Assembly (NCBI GenBank): GCA_965658765.1
Contig: CBFHTO010000014.1
Coordinates: 90-64,089 of the forward strand
Origin: Glaciecola sp.
GTDB taxonomy: Bacteria; Pseudomonadota; Gammaproteobacteria; Enterobacterales; Alteromonadaceae
Direction: 5' to 3'
Length of the DNA stretch: 64,000 nucleotides
Part shown: positions 21,718-33,421 of the stretch, in pieces
Layout: every line of letters begins with the position of its first letter
How positions within the stretch are numbered: the first letter of the stretch is position 1
Program-made: the position numbers and the translations under genes
The notes under the pieces: generated by a model
Told to the model about the DNA's origin: nothing
Databases searched by the model: none
What the model saw: only the letters and a program-made list of their open reading frames with translations

Positions 21718-21905
21718 TCGCGCCCACTGTCGAGCATACATATGTAATGAAAGGCAAGGTTAGTGGGTAATATTTAGGTCTATTAGCGTTAACGCTCCTT
21801 TAAGTATTACCACGCGAAGCGCAACATAAAAGGTGTTTTTGATATGTTGCATCAGCACACTAGTTATATGAACAGGACCTCAATAAGAGGTTATTGGTTT
21901 ACGCA

Positions 21906-21961
21906 CATCTTTTCTCCTACTCTTTAAATAGAGAAGTATGGACGAAAAGGTGAATTTTTTT
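21906..21961 (+). promoter_or_regulatory. S10 leader attenuator-like hairpin plus U-tract
   Basis: Long bulged stem CATCTTTTCTCCTACT...AGTATGGACGAAAAGGTG followed by T7, then GGAG RBS and the rpsJ ATG; analogous in position to the L4-regulated S10 leader. Confidence 0.55.
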
Positions 21962-21982
21962 GTTCTTTCGATTGGAGCTTAA

Positions 21983-22297
<315 letters not shown>

Positions 22298-22315
22298 AAG
22301 AAGAGGGTAATAACA

Positions 22316-22954
22316 ATGTCGATTGGTCTTATCGGTCGTAAAGTAGGAATGACTCGCATCTTTACAGAAGATGGCGCATCTATCCCTGTGACTGTTATCG
22401 AAGCGACCCCTAACCGTGTTACTCAGTTACGTACTGACGACGTTGACGGTTATCGTGCACTACAAGTTACCACTGGTACAAAGAAAGCAAACCGAGTTAA
22501 CAAAGCTGCTGCTGGTCACTTCGCGAAAGCAGGTGTTGAAGCGGGCCGTGGTTTGTGGGAGTTCCGTCTCGCCGATGGCGAAGGTAACGAAATTGAAGTG
22601 GGCAGTGAAATCACTGTGGAAATCTTCAATGACACGAAAAAAGTTGATGTAGCAGGCACATCAAAAGGTAAAGGTTTTGCTGGCGCAATTAAACGTTGGA
22701 ACTTTAGTTCTCAGCGTATGACGCACGGTAACTCATTGTCTCACAGAGCACCTGGTTCAATTGGTCAAAACCAAAGTCCAGGTAAAGTATTCAAAGGTAA
22801 AAAGATGGCCGGTCAACTTGGTAATAAACAAGTGACTACTCAATCTTTGGAACTCGTTCGTGTTGATTCTGAAAACAACCTTTTATTAATCAAAGGTGCC
22901 GTACCTGGCGCAACTGGCAGCGACGTAGTCGTAAAGCCAGCTGTTAAAGCGTAA
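22316..22954 (+). CDS. rplC: 50S ribosomal protein L3
   Basis: [13 protein letters not shown]; [15 protein letters not shown]. Confidence 0.99.
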   Translation: MSIGLIGRKVGMTRIFTEDGASIPVTVIEATPNRVTQLRTDDVDGYRALQVTTGTKKANRVNKAAAGHFAKAGVEAGRGLWEFRLADGEGNEIEVGSEITVEIFNDTKKVDVAGTSKGKGFAGAIKRWNFSSQRMTHGNSLSHRAPGSIGQNQSPGKVFKGKKMAGQLGNKQVTTQSLELVRVDSENNLLLIKGAVPGATGSDVVVKPAVKA

Positions 22955-22971
22955 CGTTTGGGAGTGAACTG

Positions 22972-23577
22972 ATGGAATTAACATTGAAAGACGCGAACAG
23001 CGCTCTTGAAGTATCCGACGCCACTTTTGGACGTGAGTTCAACGAAGCGCTAGTACACCAAGTAGTAGTTGCCTTTGGTGCAGGTGCTCGTCAGGGTACT
23101 AAAGCACAGAAGACTCGCTCAGAAGTACGTGGTGGTGGTAAGAAGCCATGGCGTCAAAAAGGCACTGGCCGTGCGCGTGCTGGTACTATCCGAAGCCCAA
23201 TATGGGTTGGCGGTGGTCGTGCATTTGCTGCAAAGCCTCGTGACTTTGATCAAAAAGTAAATAAAAAGATGTACCGTGGTGCGATTAAAAGCATCCTTTC
23301 AGAATTGGTACGTCAAGAACGTTTAATCGTTGTAGAGAAGTTTGGTGTTGAAGCACCAAAAACGAAAGAACTATTAAGCAAATTAAATGAACTTGAATTA
23401 AAAGACGTATTAATTGTAACAGGCGAAGTTGATGAGAACTTGTTCTTAGCTTCTAGAAACCTATACAAAGTAGACGTTCGTGACGTTCAAGGCATAGACC
23501 CAGTTAGTCTTATTGCTTTTGAAAAAGTACTAATGACTGCCGACGCGGTGAAGCAACTTGAGGAGGCACTAGCATGA
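22972..23577 (+). CDS. rplD: 50S ribosomal protein L4
   Basis: [30 protein letters not shown]. Confidence 0.99.
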   Translation: MELTLKDANSALEVSDATFGREFNEALVHQVVVAFGAGARQGTKAQKTRSEVRGGGKKPWRQKGTGRARAGTIRSPIWVGGGRAFAAKPRDFDQKVNKKMYRGAIKSILSELVRQERLIVVEKFGVEAPKTKELLSKLNELELKDVLIVTGEVDENLFLASRNLYKVDVRDVQGIDPVSLIAFEKVLMTADAVKQLEEALA

Positions 23578-23873
23578 ACGAACAACGTTTAATGAAAGTG
23601 CTATTAGCACCTCATATTTCAGAAAAGTCTACAATGGCTGCTGAATCAAGCAACACTTTCGTTTTCAAAGTATTGAAAAACGCAAATAAAGCCGAAATAA
23701 AAGCAGCGGTAGAGAAGCTGTTTGAAGTTGAAGTGGAAGGCGTTCGTACGGTAAACGTAAAGGGTAAAGTTAAGCGTCATGGTATGGCGTTCGGCAAACG
23801 CAGCGACTGGAAAAAAGCCTATGTAGTGCTTAAAGAAGGTCAAGACATCGACTTCGTCGGTGCGGCTGAATAA
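23574..23873 (+). CDS. rplW: 50S ribosomal protein L23
   Basis: APHISEKS; [12 protein letters not shown]. Confidence 0.99.
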   Translation: MNEQRLMKVLLAPHISEKSTMAAESSNTFVFKVLKNANKAEIKAAVEKLFEVEVEGVRTVNVKGKVKRHGMAFGKRSDWKKAYVVLKEGQDIDFVGAAE

Positions 23874-23884
23874 GGGGATTTGAT

Positions 23885-24709
23885 ATGCCATTATTAAAAG
23901 CTAAACCTACCTCTGCTGGTCGTCGTCACGTTGTTCAGGTAATCAATCCTGATTTACACAAAGGCGCTCCACATGCTCCATTGCTTGAGAAAAATAGCAA
24001 GAGTGGTGGTCGTAATAACAACGGTCGAATCACAGTACGTCATATCGGTGGTGGTCATAAACATCACTATCGTGTAATCGACTTTAAACGCAATAAAGAC
24101 GGTATTCCGGCTAAAATTGAGCGTTTAGAATATGATCCAAACCGCTCTGCAAATATTGCACTTGTGCTTTATGCAGACGGTGAGCGTCGCTACATCCTAG
24201 CGCCTAAAGGTGCAAAAGCAGGCGACGCTGTACAATCTGGTGCTGATGCTCCTATAAAAGCAGGTAATGCAATGCCTATGCGCAACATTCCTGTAGGTTC
24301 AACAGTTCACGCGATTGAAATGAAGCCAGGCAAAGGAGCTCAAATCGCTCGCTCTGCTGGTAACTATGCACAAATACTTGCTCGTGAAGGAACTTACGTA
24401 ACATTGCGTTTGCGTTCTGGCGAAGTACGTAAGGTATTATCTGATTGTCGCGCCACCATTGGTGAAGTCGGGAATTCAGAGCATATGCTTCGTTCACTAG
24501 GTAAAGCTGGCGCAAATCGCTGGCGCGGAATTCGCCCAACTGTTCGTGGTGTTGCCATGAACCCAGTTGATCACCCACACGGTGGTGGTGAAGGTCGTAC
24601 GTCTGGTGGTCGCCACCCAGTATCACCTTGGGGTGTTCCTACCAAAGGTAAGAAAACCCGAAGTAACAAGCGTACAGATAAACTTATCGTACGTCGTCGT
24701 AACAAGTAA
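23885..24709 (+). CDS. rplB: 50S ribosomal protein L2
   Basis: GRNNNGRIT; [13 protein letters not shown]. Confidence 0.99.
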   Translation: MPLLKAKPTSAGRRHVVQVINPDLHKGAPHAPLLEKNSKSGGRNNNGRITVRHIGGGHKHHYRVIDFKRNKDGIPAKIERLEYDPNRSANIALVLYADGERRYILAPKGAKAGDAVQSGADAPIKAGNAMPMRNIPVGSTVHAIEMKPGKGAQIARSAGNYAQILAREGTYVTLRLRSGEVRKVLSDCRATIGEVGNSEHMLRSLGKAGANRWRGIRPTVRGVAMNPVDHPHGGGEGRTSGGRHPVSPWGVPTKGKKTRSNKRTDKLIVRRRNK

Positions 24710-24724
24710 AAGCGAGGATTCACC

Positions 24725-25000
24725 ATGCCACGTTCTCTCAAGAAAGGTCCTTTTATTGACCTGCACTTGCTGAAGAAGGTAGAAGCTGCAGTGGAAAAAG
24801 GCGAAAAGAAACCAATTAAGACTTGGTCTCGTCGCTCTATGATAATCCCTGATATGATCGGATTAACCATTGCAGTCCATAACGGTCGCCAACACGTTCC
24901 TGTATTTGTCAGTGACGAGATGGTAGGCCACAAGTTGGGCGAATTTGCGCCAACGCGTACTTATCGCGGCCATGTCGCTGATAAGAAAGCCAAACGATAA
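24725..25000 (+). CDS. rpsS: 30S ribosomal protein S19
   Basis: [12 protein letters not shown]; [11 protein letters not shown]. Confidence 0.99.
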   Translation: MPRSLKKGPFIDLHLLKKVEAAVEKGEKKPIKTWSRRSMIIPDMIGLTIAVHNGRQHVPVFVSDEMVGHKLGEFAPTRTYRGHVADKKAKR

Positions 25001-25012
25001 CAGGAGAATGAA

Positions 25013-25345
25013 ATGGAAGTTTTAGCTAAACACCGTCATGCTCGCGTATCGGCTCAAAAGGCACGCTTGGTTGCAGATCAAATCCGCGGGTTACATGTTG
25101 AGAAAGCGCTAGAAGTGCTTACTTACAGCCCAAAGAAAAGCGCAGCGCTAGTCAAGAAAGTTCTTGAGTCAGCGATCGCCAATGCTGAAAATAACGAAGG
25201 CGCCGATATTGATGAGTTATCAGTAGCGAAAATCTTTGTTGACGAAGGCCCAACTATGAAGCGTATTAAGCCACGAGCCAAAGGCCGTGCTGATCGTATT
25301 TTTAAGCGTAGCAGTCACATCACTGTGGTTGTGGCGGATAACTAG
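25013..25345 (+). CDS. rplV: 50S ribosomal protein L22
   Basis: [14 protein letters not shown]; PRAKGRA. Confidence 0.99.
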   Translation: MEVLAKHRHARVSAQKARLVADQIRGLHVEKALEVLTYSPKKSAALVKKVLESAIANAENNEGADIDELSVAKIFVDEGPTMKRIKPRAKGRADRIFKRSSHITVVVADN

Positions 25346-25354
25346 GAGTAGATA

Positions 25355-26059
25355 ATGGGACAGAAGGTTCATCCTACCGGTATACGCCTGGGTATCAGCA
25401 AACCATGGACATCCACCTGGTACGCTAATACAGCAGAATATGCCGACAATTTATATAGTGACCATCAAGTTCGTCAGTATCTGACAAAAGAACTTAAAAA
25501 TGCATCACTTTCTAAAATCGTAATCGAGCGCCCAGCGAAAAGCATACGTGTGACTGTTCACACAGCTCGTCCTGGTGTTGTTATCGGTAAAAAAGGTGAA
25601 GACGTAGAAAAATTACGTAATCACATCACTAAGCTTGCAGGTGTACCTGCACAAGTGAACATTGCCGAAGTTCGTAAACCTGAACTAGATGCTCAGTTAG
25701 TTGGAGATTCAATCTCTAGCCAGCTAGAACGGCGCGTTATGTTCCGTCGTGCTATGAAGCGTGCGGTACAAAACGCAATGCGTTTAGGCGCACTTGGTAT
25801 CAAGGTCGAAGTTAGTGGTCGTTTAGGTGGTGCTGAAATCGCACGCGGTGAGTGGTATCGTGAAGGTCGTGTACCTTTGCATACTTTCCGTGCAGACATC
25901 GATTACGCTACGTCTGAAGCATTAACCCAATATGGAATTATTGGCGTTAAGGTTTGGATCTTCAAAGGTGAAGTGTTAGGTGGTTTACCACTAACCCAAG
26001 AGCAACCAGCTCCATCTTCACCTAAGAAGAAAGGCCGTAATCCTAAGCGTGAGGGCTAA
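25355..26059 (+). CDS. rpsC: 30S ribosomal protein S3
   Basis: [13 protein letters not shown]; GRVPLHT. Confidence 0.99.
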   Translation: MGQKVHPTGIRLGISKPWTSTWYANTAEYADNLYSDHQVRQYLTKELKNASLSKIVIERPAKSIRVTVHTARPGVVIGKKGEDVEKLRNHITKLAGVPAQVNIAEVRKPELDAQLVGDSISSQLERRVMFRRAMKRAVQNAMRLGALGIKVEVSGRLGGAEIARGEWYREGRVPLHTFRADIDYATSEALTQYGIIGVKVWIFKGEVLGGLPLTQEQPAPSSPKKKGRNPKREG

Positions 26060-26061
26060 TC

Positions 26062-26475
26062 ATGTTACAACCAAAGCGTACGAAATTTCGTAAAATGCAT
26101 AAAGGTCGTAACCGTGGACTTGCTATTGCCGGTGGTAAAGTAAGTTTCGGCACCTATGGCCTTAAATCTATTGGCCGTGGTCGTATGACCGCTCGTCAAA
26201 TCGAAGCCGCACGTCGTGCCATGACTCGTCATGTTAAGCGTCAAGGTAAAATTTGGATCCGTGTTTTTCCTGATAAGCCAATTACTGAAAAGCCTTTAGA
26301 AGTTCGACAAGGTAAAGGTAAAGGTAACGTGGAATATTGGGTTTGTCAGATTCAACCAGGACGTGTCTTATACGAGATGGAAGGTGTGCCAGAGGAATTG
26401 GCTCGCGAGGCTTTCGCACTTGCAGCAGCTAAATTGCCATTTAAAACAACCTTTGTAACTCGGACGGTGATGTAA
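26062..26475 (+). CDS. rplP: 50S ribosomal protein L16
   Basis: [16 protein letters not shown]; [10 protein letters not shown]. Confidence 0.99.
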   Translation: MLQPKRTKFRKMHKGRNRGLAIAGGKVSFGTYGLKSIGRGRMTARQIEAARRAMTRHVKRQGKIWIRVFPDKPITEKPLEVRQGKGKGNVEYWVCQIQPGRVLYEMEGVPEELAREAFALAAAKLPFKTTFVTRTVM

Positions 26476-26666
26476 TGAATACGACAGAACTGAGAGCAAA
26501 AAGTGTAGATGAGCTGAACGAAGAGTTAATGAGCTTGCTTAAAGAGCAGTTTAATCTTCGTATGCAACACTCTACTGGACAGCTAGAACAGACTGCCCAA
26601 CTTAAAACAGTACGTCGTAACATCGCACGTGTTAAAACCATATTGACTCAGAAAGCTGGAGAATAA
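26475..26666 (+). CDS. rpmC: 50S ribosomal protein L29
   Basis: [22 protein letters not shown]. Confidence 0.98.
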   Translation: MNTTELRAKSVDELNEELMSLLKEQFNLRMQHSTGQLEQTAQLKTVRRNIARVKTILTQKAGE

Positions 26667-26667
26667 G

Positions 26668-26925
26668 ATGTCTGAACAAAAAATTCGTACAGTCCAAGGT
26701 CGTGTGGTGAGCAACAAGATGGATAAAACCGTAACTGTTGTTGTAGAAAGATTTGTTAAACACCCTATCTATGGGAAGTTTATAAAGCGTTCTACTAAAA
26801 TACACGCACACGATGAAGAAAACGTGTGTAACGAAGGTGATATCGTAACGGTAACCGAATGTCGTCCGATTTCTAAGTCTAAGACTTGGATGTTGGTAGA
26901 CGTGGTAGAAAAAGTAACCGTATAA
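26668..26925 (+). CDS. rpsQ: 30S ribosomal protein S17
   Basis: [14 protein letters not shown]; HPIYGKF; RPISKSK. Confidence 0.99.
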   Translation: MSEQKIRTVQGRVVSNKMDKTVTVVVERFVKHPIYGKFIKRSTKIHAHDEENVCNEGDIVTVTECRPISKSKTWMLVDVVEKVTV

Positions 26926-26941
26926 CAACTTTGTTATATAG

Positions 26942-26972
26942 AAAAAGCGCACATTAAGTGCGCTTTTTTTTT
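26942..26972 (+). terminator. Intrinsic terminator of the S10 operon
   Basis: AAAAAGCGCAC-ATTAA-GTGCGCTTTTTTTTT. Confidence 0.92.
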
Positions 26973-27048
26973 ATAAAAATTTGGGTTTTCGGTTAGGATA
27001 GTGAAATGCTATCGCTTGTGGTATTTTTACGGTAATAATAGATAATGC

Positions 27049-29808
27049 ATGCAAGCTACGAGTATTTACTTAGTAGTTAGCTCACAGGGTGCTCTTGCTC
27101 TTCAATCCCAAAGGATGAAAGTTATCAAAGACCTTACTATTGATGATCTTAGCGTAACCTACAACGCTGTGACGAACGCAATACTATTGGTTGATAATGA
27201 CGGTACTATAGTCTTTGCGAACTCGCATGTTAGGAATATTTTTGGTTATAGCCCTGATGAACTTATCGCTAAAAGTATAAATGTTCTTTTGCTACAAAAA
27301 TACCGTCGTAGCCATCAAGAGCATATTAATACATTTTTTTCTAACGTTACGCATGAAGCTAGAACGACCAATTCATTATTCCCTGCATTGCACGCTAGTG
27401 GTCGATTTATTCAAGTTACCATCGGATTATCCTCGATCCAACTTCAAGGTAAAACCTATGCTGTTGCAAGCATTGCTCGCGTCATCGGTCCTCGTACTGT
27501 TATCGATACATTTAGGGAAGCAAGGGACGACGCACAGAAAAAAATTGAGAACAGTCAAAGACTGCTCAAGATAGGCGATGATAGCCGTGACCCCGTGTTC
27601 GTTTGTAATGAAGATGCGAAATTAAAATTTCTCAACAAAAACGCCATCATGCTGTTTGAAAAACGTTTTGAAGACTTATTGCAAACTCGAATTTTTGATA
27701 TCGTCGAATGTACTAATAGTGCCTTTCAATTTCAGCTTGAGACAGCCTATAAAAATGGACGGGTGTTTACTGGTGAATGTATTTTAAAGACCGGGGTAAA
27801 TGGTGACATTATCGTAGATGCCACGATTACACCTGTTTTCAATGGCAATTCTATATCTGGTTTTGTGTTTGTTGCTCGTAACATCGCCAATAGGCGAATG
27901 CTCGAGAGCCAGTTAAGAGAAGATAATGAGTTACTTGAAACGACTGCACGTTTGGCAAAGCTTGGATTCTATTCTTATGACCTAGCAAATGAAGCTTTAG
28001 AGTGGTCTGATGAAATATATAGAATTTACGAGTTACCAACAAACGCTGTGGTGACTATCGAATCTACCCTTAGTTATTATACAAAAGAAGCAGAAGAGAC
28101 GCTTCGGGCAGCAATAGAACGAACGATAAACACTGGAGAGCCCTTTGATTTAGAACTGCCCTTTGTCAGCGCAAAAGGGAAGGAGTTATGGGTGCGAACG
28201 GTGGGATATGCTGAATTTATCGCAGGTAAAATTATAAAGCTAAAGGGGGCCATACAAAATATAACGTATCTAAGGAAAGCTGCCATAAATGCTGAGCAAG
28301 CTGCGAGTGCAAAAAGTAATTTTTTGACCAATATGAGCCATGAAATTCGCACACCCATTACTGGTATTGCTGGCTTAATTGAACTCTTGTCAGAGACAAG
28401 TCTCGACGATAAGCAAAAAGAGTATGTCTCGATAATTGACGATAGTACATCTTCTTTGTTGTTCTTAGTAAACCAAGTCTTGGATTATGCGAAACTACAT
28501 TCTGGCATGCAGCTTTTGCATAAAAAAACCTTTGAAATTCGGTCTTTTATCAATGAAAAAAGTCATATTCATGCATACTCTTCAAGTAAAAAAGGCTGTG
28601 AATTTAAAGTAACAATTGAATCTGCCGTGCCTAAGTTCATTCATCAAGATCCCGATCGTCTTGCGCAAGTCATAAATAACCTTTTATCAAATGCAGTAAA
28701 ATTTACTCCCAGAGGAAAAATCGAACTTGAGGTAAGTCAAAATGACAAGGGTGTACTTAAGTTCGCGATAAGAGATACTGGCATAGGAATTAAAGAAGAG
28801 GAGTTTGAAAAACTGTTTGTTGAGTTTCAGCAACTCGATACGTCTTTAAGTCGAAAGTACCAAGGTACTGGCTTAGGCTTATCTATATCACAACAACTAG
28901 TAAACCTTATGGGGGGTGAGATTTACGTTGAGAGCAAGTATAAGAAAGGCTCTTGCTTCTCATTTACTTTGCCCTACGACAAACCTCGTGTTAAGAAAAG
29001 TAAAAAGGTGAGTACGATTAATATTCCGAACACTGTTCTATTAGTGTCGGATAGAGAGCAAGCGCGTGTATGGCGTGAGTTAATAAACCACTACCGTTTG
29101 ACCATCAAAGTATGTCAAACCTTTAAGACTGTTATCAAAACTATAAGGGAACAATGCCAATGGCAGTTAGTAGTGTTGTTAGATACCAAACTCGATCAGT
29201 TTAGTATTGATACGCTTGTTCTCTCTGTAGCGAGGTTTATCCCAAGTCCTAACGATATTCTGATTCATAATGAATTGCTTGGAAAAGGAAATTCGATCAT
29301 TGGCGCCAGCCCATTAAATTTCAATATGCTTAAACAGGATAAACGACTAGATGATCCTGAATTAGTATTAAATCAAATTCGTTTATTGTCGACTTGGTAT
29401 AAGGAGCAGGACAACGAGCGTGCAATAGACTGGCCCAATAAACATATATTAATCGCTGAAGATAACGAAATAAATCAACTCTTATTTACTGATATGCTCG
29501 CAGGCTATGGCGTGCAAGTATCGATGCTTGAAAATGGTCAAGAAGCTATAGACGTACTCGAGCAAGATGACAGCATAGATTTAGTTGTTATGGATTGCCA
29601 AATGCCAATTTTAGATGGATTTGAAGCAACAAAGTTAATTCGCCAAAATAAAAATAAACGCTTATCAAAAATCAAAGTTATTGCGGCAACTGCTCATGGA
29701 TTCGATGAGGATATTGAGAGATGCTTTAAAGTCGGCATGGACGATGTTCTCGTTAAACCATTTTCAAAAGTACAGCTTATTTCAATGATATCTCGGTATT
29801 TATCGTGA
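27049..29808 (+). CDS. Soluble multi-PAS hybrid sensor histidine kinase/response regulator
   Basis: Three PAS-like repeats; H box FLTNMSHEIRTP; N box LLSNAVKFT; DTGIGI; GTGLGL; C-terminal receiver EDNEIN..MDCQMP..KP. True start may be ATG near 27115. Confidence 0.93.
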   Translation: MQATSIYLVVSSQGALALQSQRMKVIKDLTIDDLSVTYNAVTNAILLVDNDGTIVFANSHVRNIFGYSPDELIAKSINVLLLQKYRRSHQEHINTFFSNVTHEARTTNSLFPALHASGRFIQVTIGLSSIQLQGKTYAVASIARVIGPRTVIDTFREARDDAQKKIENSQRLLKIGDDSRDPVFVCNEDAKLKFLNKNAIMLFEKRFEDLLQTRIFDIVECTNSAFQFQLETAYKNGRVFTGECILKTGVNGDIIVDATITPVFNGNSISGFVFVARNIANRRMLESQLREDNELLETTARLAKLGFYSYDLANEALEWSDEIYRIYELPTNAVVTIESTLSYYTKEAEETLRAAIERTINTGEPFDLELPFVSAKGKELWVRTVGYAEFIAGKIIKLKGAIQNITYLRKAAINAEQAASAKSNFLTNMSHEIRTPITGIAGLIELLSETSLDDKQKEYVSIIDDSTSSLLFLVNQVLDYAKLHSGMQLLHKKTFEIRSFINEKSHIHAYSSSKKGCEFKVTIESAVPKFIHQDPDRLAQVINNLLSNAVKFTPRGKIELEVSQNDKGVLKFAIRDTGIGIKEEEFEKLFVEFQQLDTSLSRKYQGTGLGLSISQQLVNLMGGEIYVESKYKKGSCFSFTLPYDKPRVKKSKKVSTINIPNTVLLVSDREQARVWRELINHYRLTIKVCQTFKTVIKTIREQCQWQLVVLLDTKLDQFSIDTLVLSVARFIPSPNDILIHNELLGKGNSIIGASPLNFNMLKQDKRLDDPELVLNQIRLLSTWYKEQDNERAIDWPNKHILIAEDNEINQLLFTDMLAGYGVQVSMLENGQEAIDVLEQDDSIDLVVMDCQMPILDGFEATKLIRQNKNKRLSKIKVIAATAHGFDEDIERCFKVGMDDVLVKPFSKVQLISMISRYLS

Positions 29809-31118
29809 AAAACTATCGCTTTCCTCTTCGCTATCATCTATGTAGAGCGCTCTACACTATCTTGTTGTTGTGTGCACTACCTTTACTATTAGTACTGATA
29901 CGGAAAAAGCTTTTTATGAGCAAGCCATCGACAAGCGGGAGGCGATTTCGGGAACGCTTAGGTATCGTGCCTAAAAGTTACTCTCAAAACGGTATCGTCA
30001 TCCATTGTGTGTCGATGGGAGAAGTAAACGCCGCCAAGCAGTTAATTGAACGTTTACTGCAATCACATCCAGATATTAGCATCACAGTTACCACAAGTTC
30101 CCATACCGGGGCTGAGCACAGTCAGAATATCTTTAAAGACAGGGTACAACACTTATTTTTACCCTTTGATTTGCCATGGTGCGTGTCATTTTTTTTAAAC
30201 GCTTTGAAACCAAGATTATTGCTTATTACTGAGGTCGAAATTTGGCCAAATTTAATGCATGCCTGTAAGTCAAAAGGTATTTATACCGCGCTAATTAATG
30301 CTCGTATGAGTCGCAATTCACTTGTCCAGTACAAAAAGATATCTTGGTTATTTAGATACACACTGCGATCTTTTCAACGCATCTGCCCACAAAGTTATGA
30401 ATCTTTTAACCACTTTTTGGAATATGGCGTGTATAAGAGTGCGGTTTCGCTAACCGGAAACATGAAGTTTGACTTAGAGGAAGATCAAAACGATTTGGCA
30501 CTTGCGAAAGAAATAAGTAGTCGTTTTTCCTTATCTGAAAGAGTAGTATGGGTTATGGGTTCTACTCATGAGCCGGAAGAGAAGTTAGGCATAAAACACT
30601 TTTTGGCAATAAAAGAACGTTTCCCTCATCTATGTCTGGTAATTGTACCACGCCACCCTCATCGCTTTGATCAAGTATTTCAGCTCTTGAAAGCTAGTGG
30701 CTTATCTCTAGCAAGAGCGTCTGATGAAAGCGCACAGAGTAAAACTGTAGACTGTGTTCTTATTGATAAAATGGGCTGGCTAAAAGCTTGCTATGCTTTG
30801 TCTGATATTGTGTTCGTTGGAGGTAGTTTCTCTGACAGAGGCGGTCATAACCCTTTAGAGGTTGCGCTTTATTCAAAGCCGATGGCTATGGGGCCGAGTA
30901 TCTTTAACAATCCTGAATTATGTGATGCCTTAGCTGACAGCGGAGCTTTAAAAATTTGTGAAAACGAAGAGGAACTGAGTACTTTCTTAGACCACGTTCT
31001 ATCATATCCAGATAAAGCCGAGTCAATGGGGCAATCATGTGAGGATGTTTTGAAGGCTAATCAAGGCGCAGTTACAAACACTTATGAAGTAGTGCAAAAC
31101 TTATTAGAAAGAACATAA
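29805..31118 (+). CDS. waaA: 3-deoxy-D-manno-octulosonic acid transferase
   Basis: IHCVSMGEV; LPFDLP; EVEIWPN; GNMKFD; PRHPHRF; GGHNPLE. Confidence 0.95.
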   Translation: MKNYRFPLRYHLCRALYTILLLCALPLLLVLIRKKLFMSKPSTSGRRFRERLGIVPKSYSQNGIVIHCVSMGEVNAAKQLIERLLQSHPDISITVTTSSHTGAEHSQNIFKDRVQHLFLPFDLPWCVSFFLNALKPRLLLITEVEIWPNLMHACKSKGIYTALINARMSRNSLVQYKKISWLFRYTLRSFQRICPQSYESFNHFLEYGVYKSAVSLTGNMKFDLEEDQNDLALAKEISSRFSLSERVVWVMGSTHEPEEKLGIKHFLAIKERFPHLCLVIVPRHPHRFDQVFQLLKASGLSLARASDESAQSKTVDCVLIDKMGWLKACYALSDIVFVGGSFSDRGGHNPLEVALYSKPMAMGPSIFNNPELCDALADSGALKICENEEELSTFLDHVLSYPDKAESMGQSCEDVLKANQGAVTNTYEVVQNLLERT

Positions 31119-31143
31119 AAAAGGCTTTGCTACTGCAAAGCCT
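31117..31143. terminator. Terminator between convergent waaA and dcp
   Basis: AGGCTTTGC-TACT-GCAAAGCCT with an A6 run on the left (U-tract on the minus strand). Confidence 0.8.
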
Positions 31144-31193
31144 CTACAAACTATTAATCTTCGTCAAAATGGACATGACAGATTAAATTGTTC

Positions 31194-33371
31194 CTACTCT
31201 CCTTGTTCAGCGCTCACTGGAAATCCTCTGTCACGCATTAGTGCTTCGACTTTTGCGTCACGTCCTCTAAACGCTCTGTACGCGTCTGCAGGATCCATTG
31301 CATTACGAACGGAGAATAAGTATTGCACTAAACGCTCACTTAGCTCCTTATCATAAAATCCGCCAGGTGCTTGAGCAAAGGCTTCAGCTGCATCAGATGT
31401 TAATACTTCAGCCCACATGTAACCGTAGTATGCTGCAGCGTAACCTTCAGATGAAAAGACATGGCCAAAGTGAGTGGAGCGATGTCGCATAACGATTTCT
31501 TCAGGCATACCGAGTGCCGCTAGTTGCTCTCGCTCAAAAGTGTCTGGCTCAATGCTTTGGGGATCAGTAGTATGGTAAAGCAAATCCATGATGGCTGATG
31601 CCATATACTCGGTGGTCTTAAACCCTTCGTTGAACGTTGAGGCTTGCTTGATTTTAGCCACCAATGATTGAGGAATAGGCTCTCCCGTTTCGTGATGAAC
31701 AAGGTAGGTATTTATAACTTCATCGGTCAATAACCAACGTTCAAGTAACTGCGACTGAAATTCGGTGTAATCACGTACGCCGGAATGAGAGCTTGGGTAC
31801 TTTACATTAGCTGATAAAAAATGAAGAGCATGACCAAACTCATGGAAATACGTTTCTGCATCGTCCCATGAGATTAATGTAGCCTCACCATCGGCCCCTT
31901 TTACAAAGTTAGAGTTGTTAGAAGACAAAACTGACTTTTCGCCATCAAAAGTGGTGTACGAACGATAAGTAGTTGCCCAAGCACCAGAACGTTTGCCTTG
32001 TCTTGCAAAAGGATCCAAATACCAAAGACCAATAAACTCACCACTGTCTTTATCATTGACTTCCCATACTTTCACGTCAGGATGGAACACCGGAACCTTG
32101 CCTGGCTCGATTGCTGTAAAGTCGAAATTGAAAAGGCGTCCGGCCACATAAAACATAGCCTCTCTTAATTTATCGAGTTGCAGATACTGTTTTACTTCGT
32201 CTGAATCTAGGTCATATTTAGCTTTACGCACTTTTTCAGCATAATAACGATAGTCCCAAGGTTCAATTTCAAAATCTGCACCCTCAGAATCAGCCACGGC
32301 TTGCATGTCGGCGACTTCTTCTTCGACACGAGCAATCGCTGCGGGCCAAACTTTTTCCATCAAAGCCATGGCGTTGTCAGGTGTTTTTGCCATGCGGTCT
32401 TCGAGTCGCCATTGTGCATAATTTTCATAGCCTAATAATGAGACTCGTTCATGCCGCAAGGTCAATATTTGTTTTATAAGTTCATTATTATCAAACTCAT
32501 CGGCATTGTCTCCGCGGCTGTAGTAGGTTTCCCAGACTTTCTGACGGAGCTCACGATTATTAGAATATTTGAGGAAAGGGTCCATAGAAGAACGGGTATT
32601 AGTAATGGCATATTTTCCTTCTTGGCCTCGCTCTGATGCCATCGCTGCGGCCGCATTGACGAATGACTGTGGAAGCCCGTCTAATTGCGAATCATCAATA
32701 TACAAAACATAGTTTTCTTCATCAGCCAATACGTTATTTGCAAACTTTGTATGCAATGATGCCAATTCTTGATTAATCTCTGCATATCTCGCTTTATCTT
32801 CTTCCGACAATAAGGCCCCATTGCGCACAAAACTACTATATCGCATCCAGGTAATACGCTGCTCTTCTGTGCTCAGTGATGCCATTTCCTCACTTTCATA
32901 GACCGCCTTTACGCGCTCAAATAGCTTTTGATTTTGTGAAATCTTTGAACTATAAGCAGATATCTTAGGTGCCATTTCTTGTTGGATTTTTCTAAACTCT
33001 GGAGAGCTTTTGTTTGAACGCCAAATACCATAATAGACAAACGCGCGACTTAGCATTTTCCCTGCACGTTCCATCTCAACAATGGTATTTTCAAAGTTAG
33101 GCGCTTCCTCATTATTAGCAATACGGTCGTATTCTTTTAGGGCCTCTTGCATGCCAATTTCAAGGGCATCTTTAAGCGAACTGAGTTCCATTTTGTCAAA
33201 TGAAGGTACACCGCCGTAAGGACCTTCGAATTGTGCTAATAAAGGGTTGTTTTGCTCTTGTGTCATAGCAACTGTCGCTGACACAACCTCGCTTTTTTCT
33301 GGAGCAGGCGAGCAGGCGCCCAGGCCCATTATTACAGCAACAGTAATGAGACTTAATATTGGTTTTTTCAT
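31194..33371 (-). CDS. dcp: M3-family metallopeptidase (peptidyl-dipeptidase Dcp-like), lipoprotein
   Basis: Lipobox LGA|C; KRSGAW; zinc motif FHEFGHALH; EFQSQLLE; YYGYMWAEVL. Confidence 0.88.
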   Translation of the reverse strand: MKKPILSLITVAVIMGLGACSPAPEKSEVVSATVAMTQEQNNPLLAQFEGPYGGVPSFDKMELSSLKDALEIGMQEALKEYDRIANNEEAPNFENTIVEMERAGKMLSRAFVYYGIWRSNKSSPEFRKIQQEMAPKISAYSSKISQNQKLFERVKAVYESEEMASLSTEEQRITWMRYSSFVRNGALLSEEDKARYAEINQELASLHTKFANNVLADEENYVLYIDDSQLDGLPQSFVNAAAAMASERGQEGKYAITNTRSSMDPFLKYSNNRELRQKVWETYYSRGDNADEFDNNELIKQILTLRHERVSLLGYENYAQWRLEDRMAKTPDNAMALMEKVWPAAIARVEEEVADMQAVADSEGADFEIEPWDYRYYAEKVRKAKYDLDSDEVKQYLQLDKLREAMFYVAGRLFNFDFTAIEPGKVPVFHPDVKVWEVNDKDSGEFIGLWYLDPFARQGKRSGAWATTYRSYTTFDGEKSVLSSNNSNFVKGADGEATLISWDDAETYFHEFGHALHFLSANVKYPSSHSGVRDYTEFQSQLLERWLLTDEVINTYLVHHETGEPIPQSLVAKIKQASTFNEGFKTTEYMASAIMDLLYHTTDPQSIEPDTFEREQLAALGMPEEIVMRHRSTHFGHVFSSEGYAAAYYGYMWAEVLTSDAAEAFAQAPGGFYDKELSERLVQYLFSVRNAMDPADAYRAFRGRDAKVEALMRDRGFPVSAEQGE

Positions 33372-33421
33372 GAGGACTTCCTTATTATTATTATTTTGCC
33401 AAGGTCGCAGGACCTTGCTCT

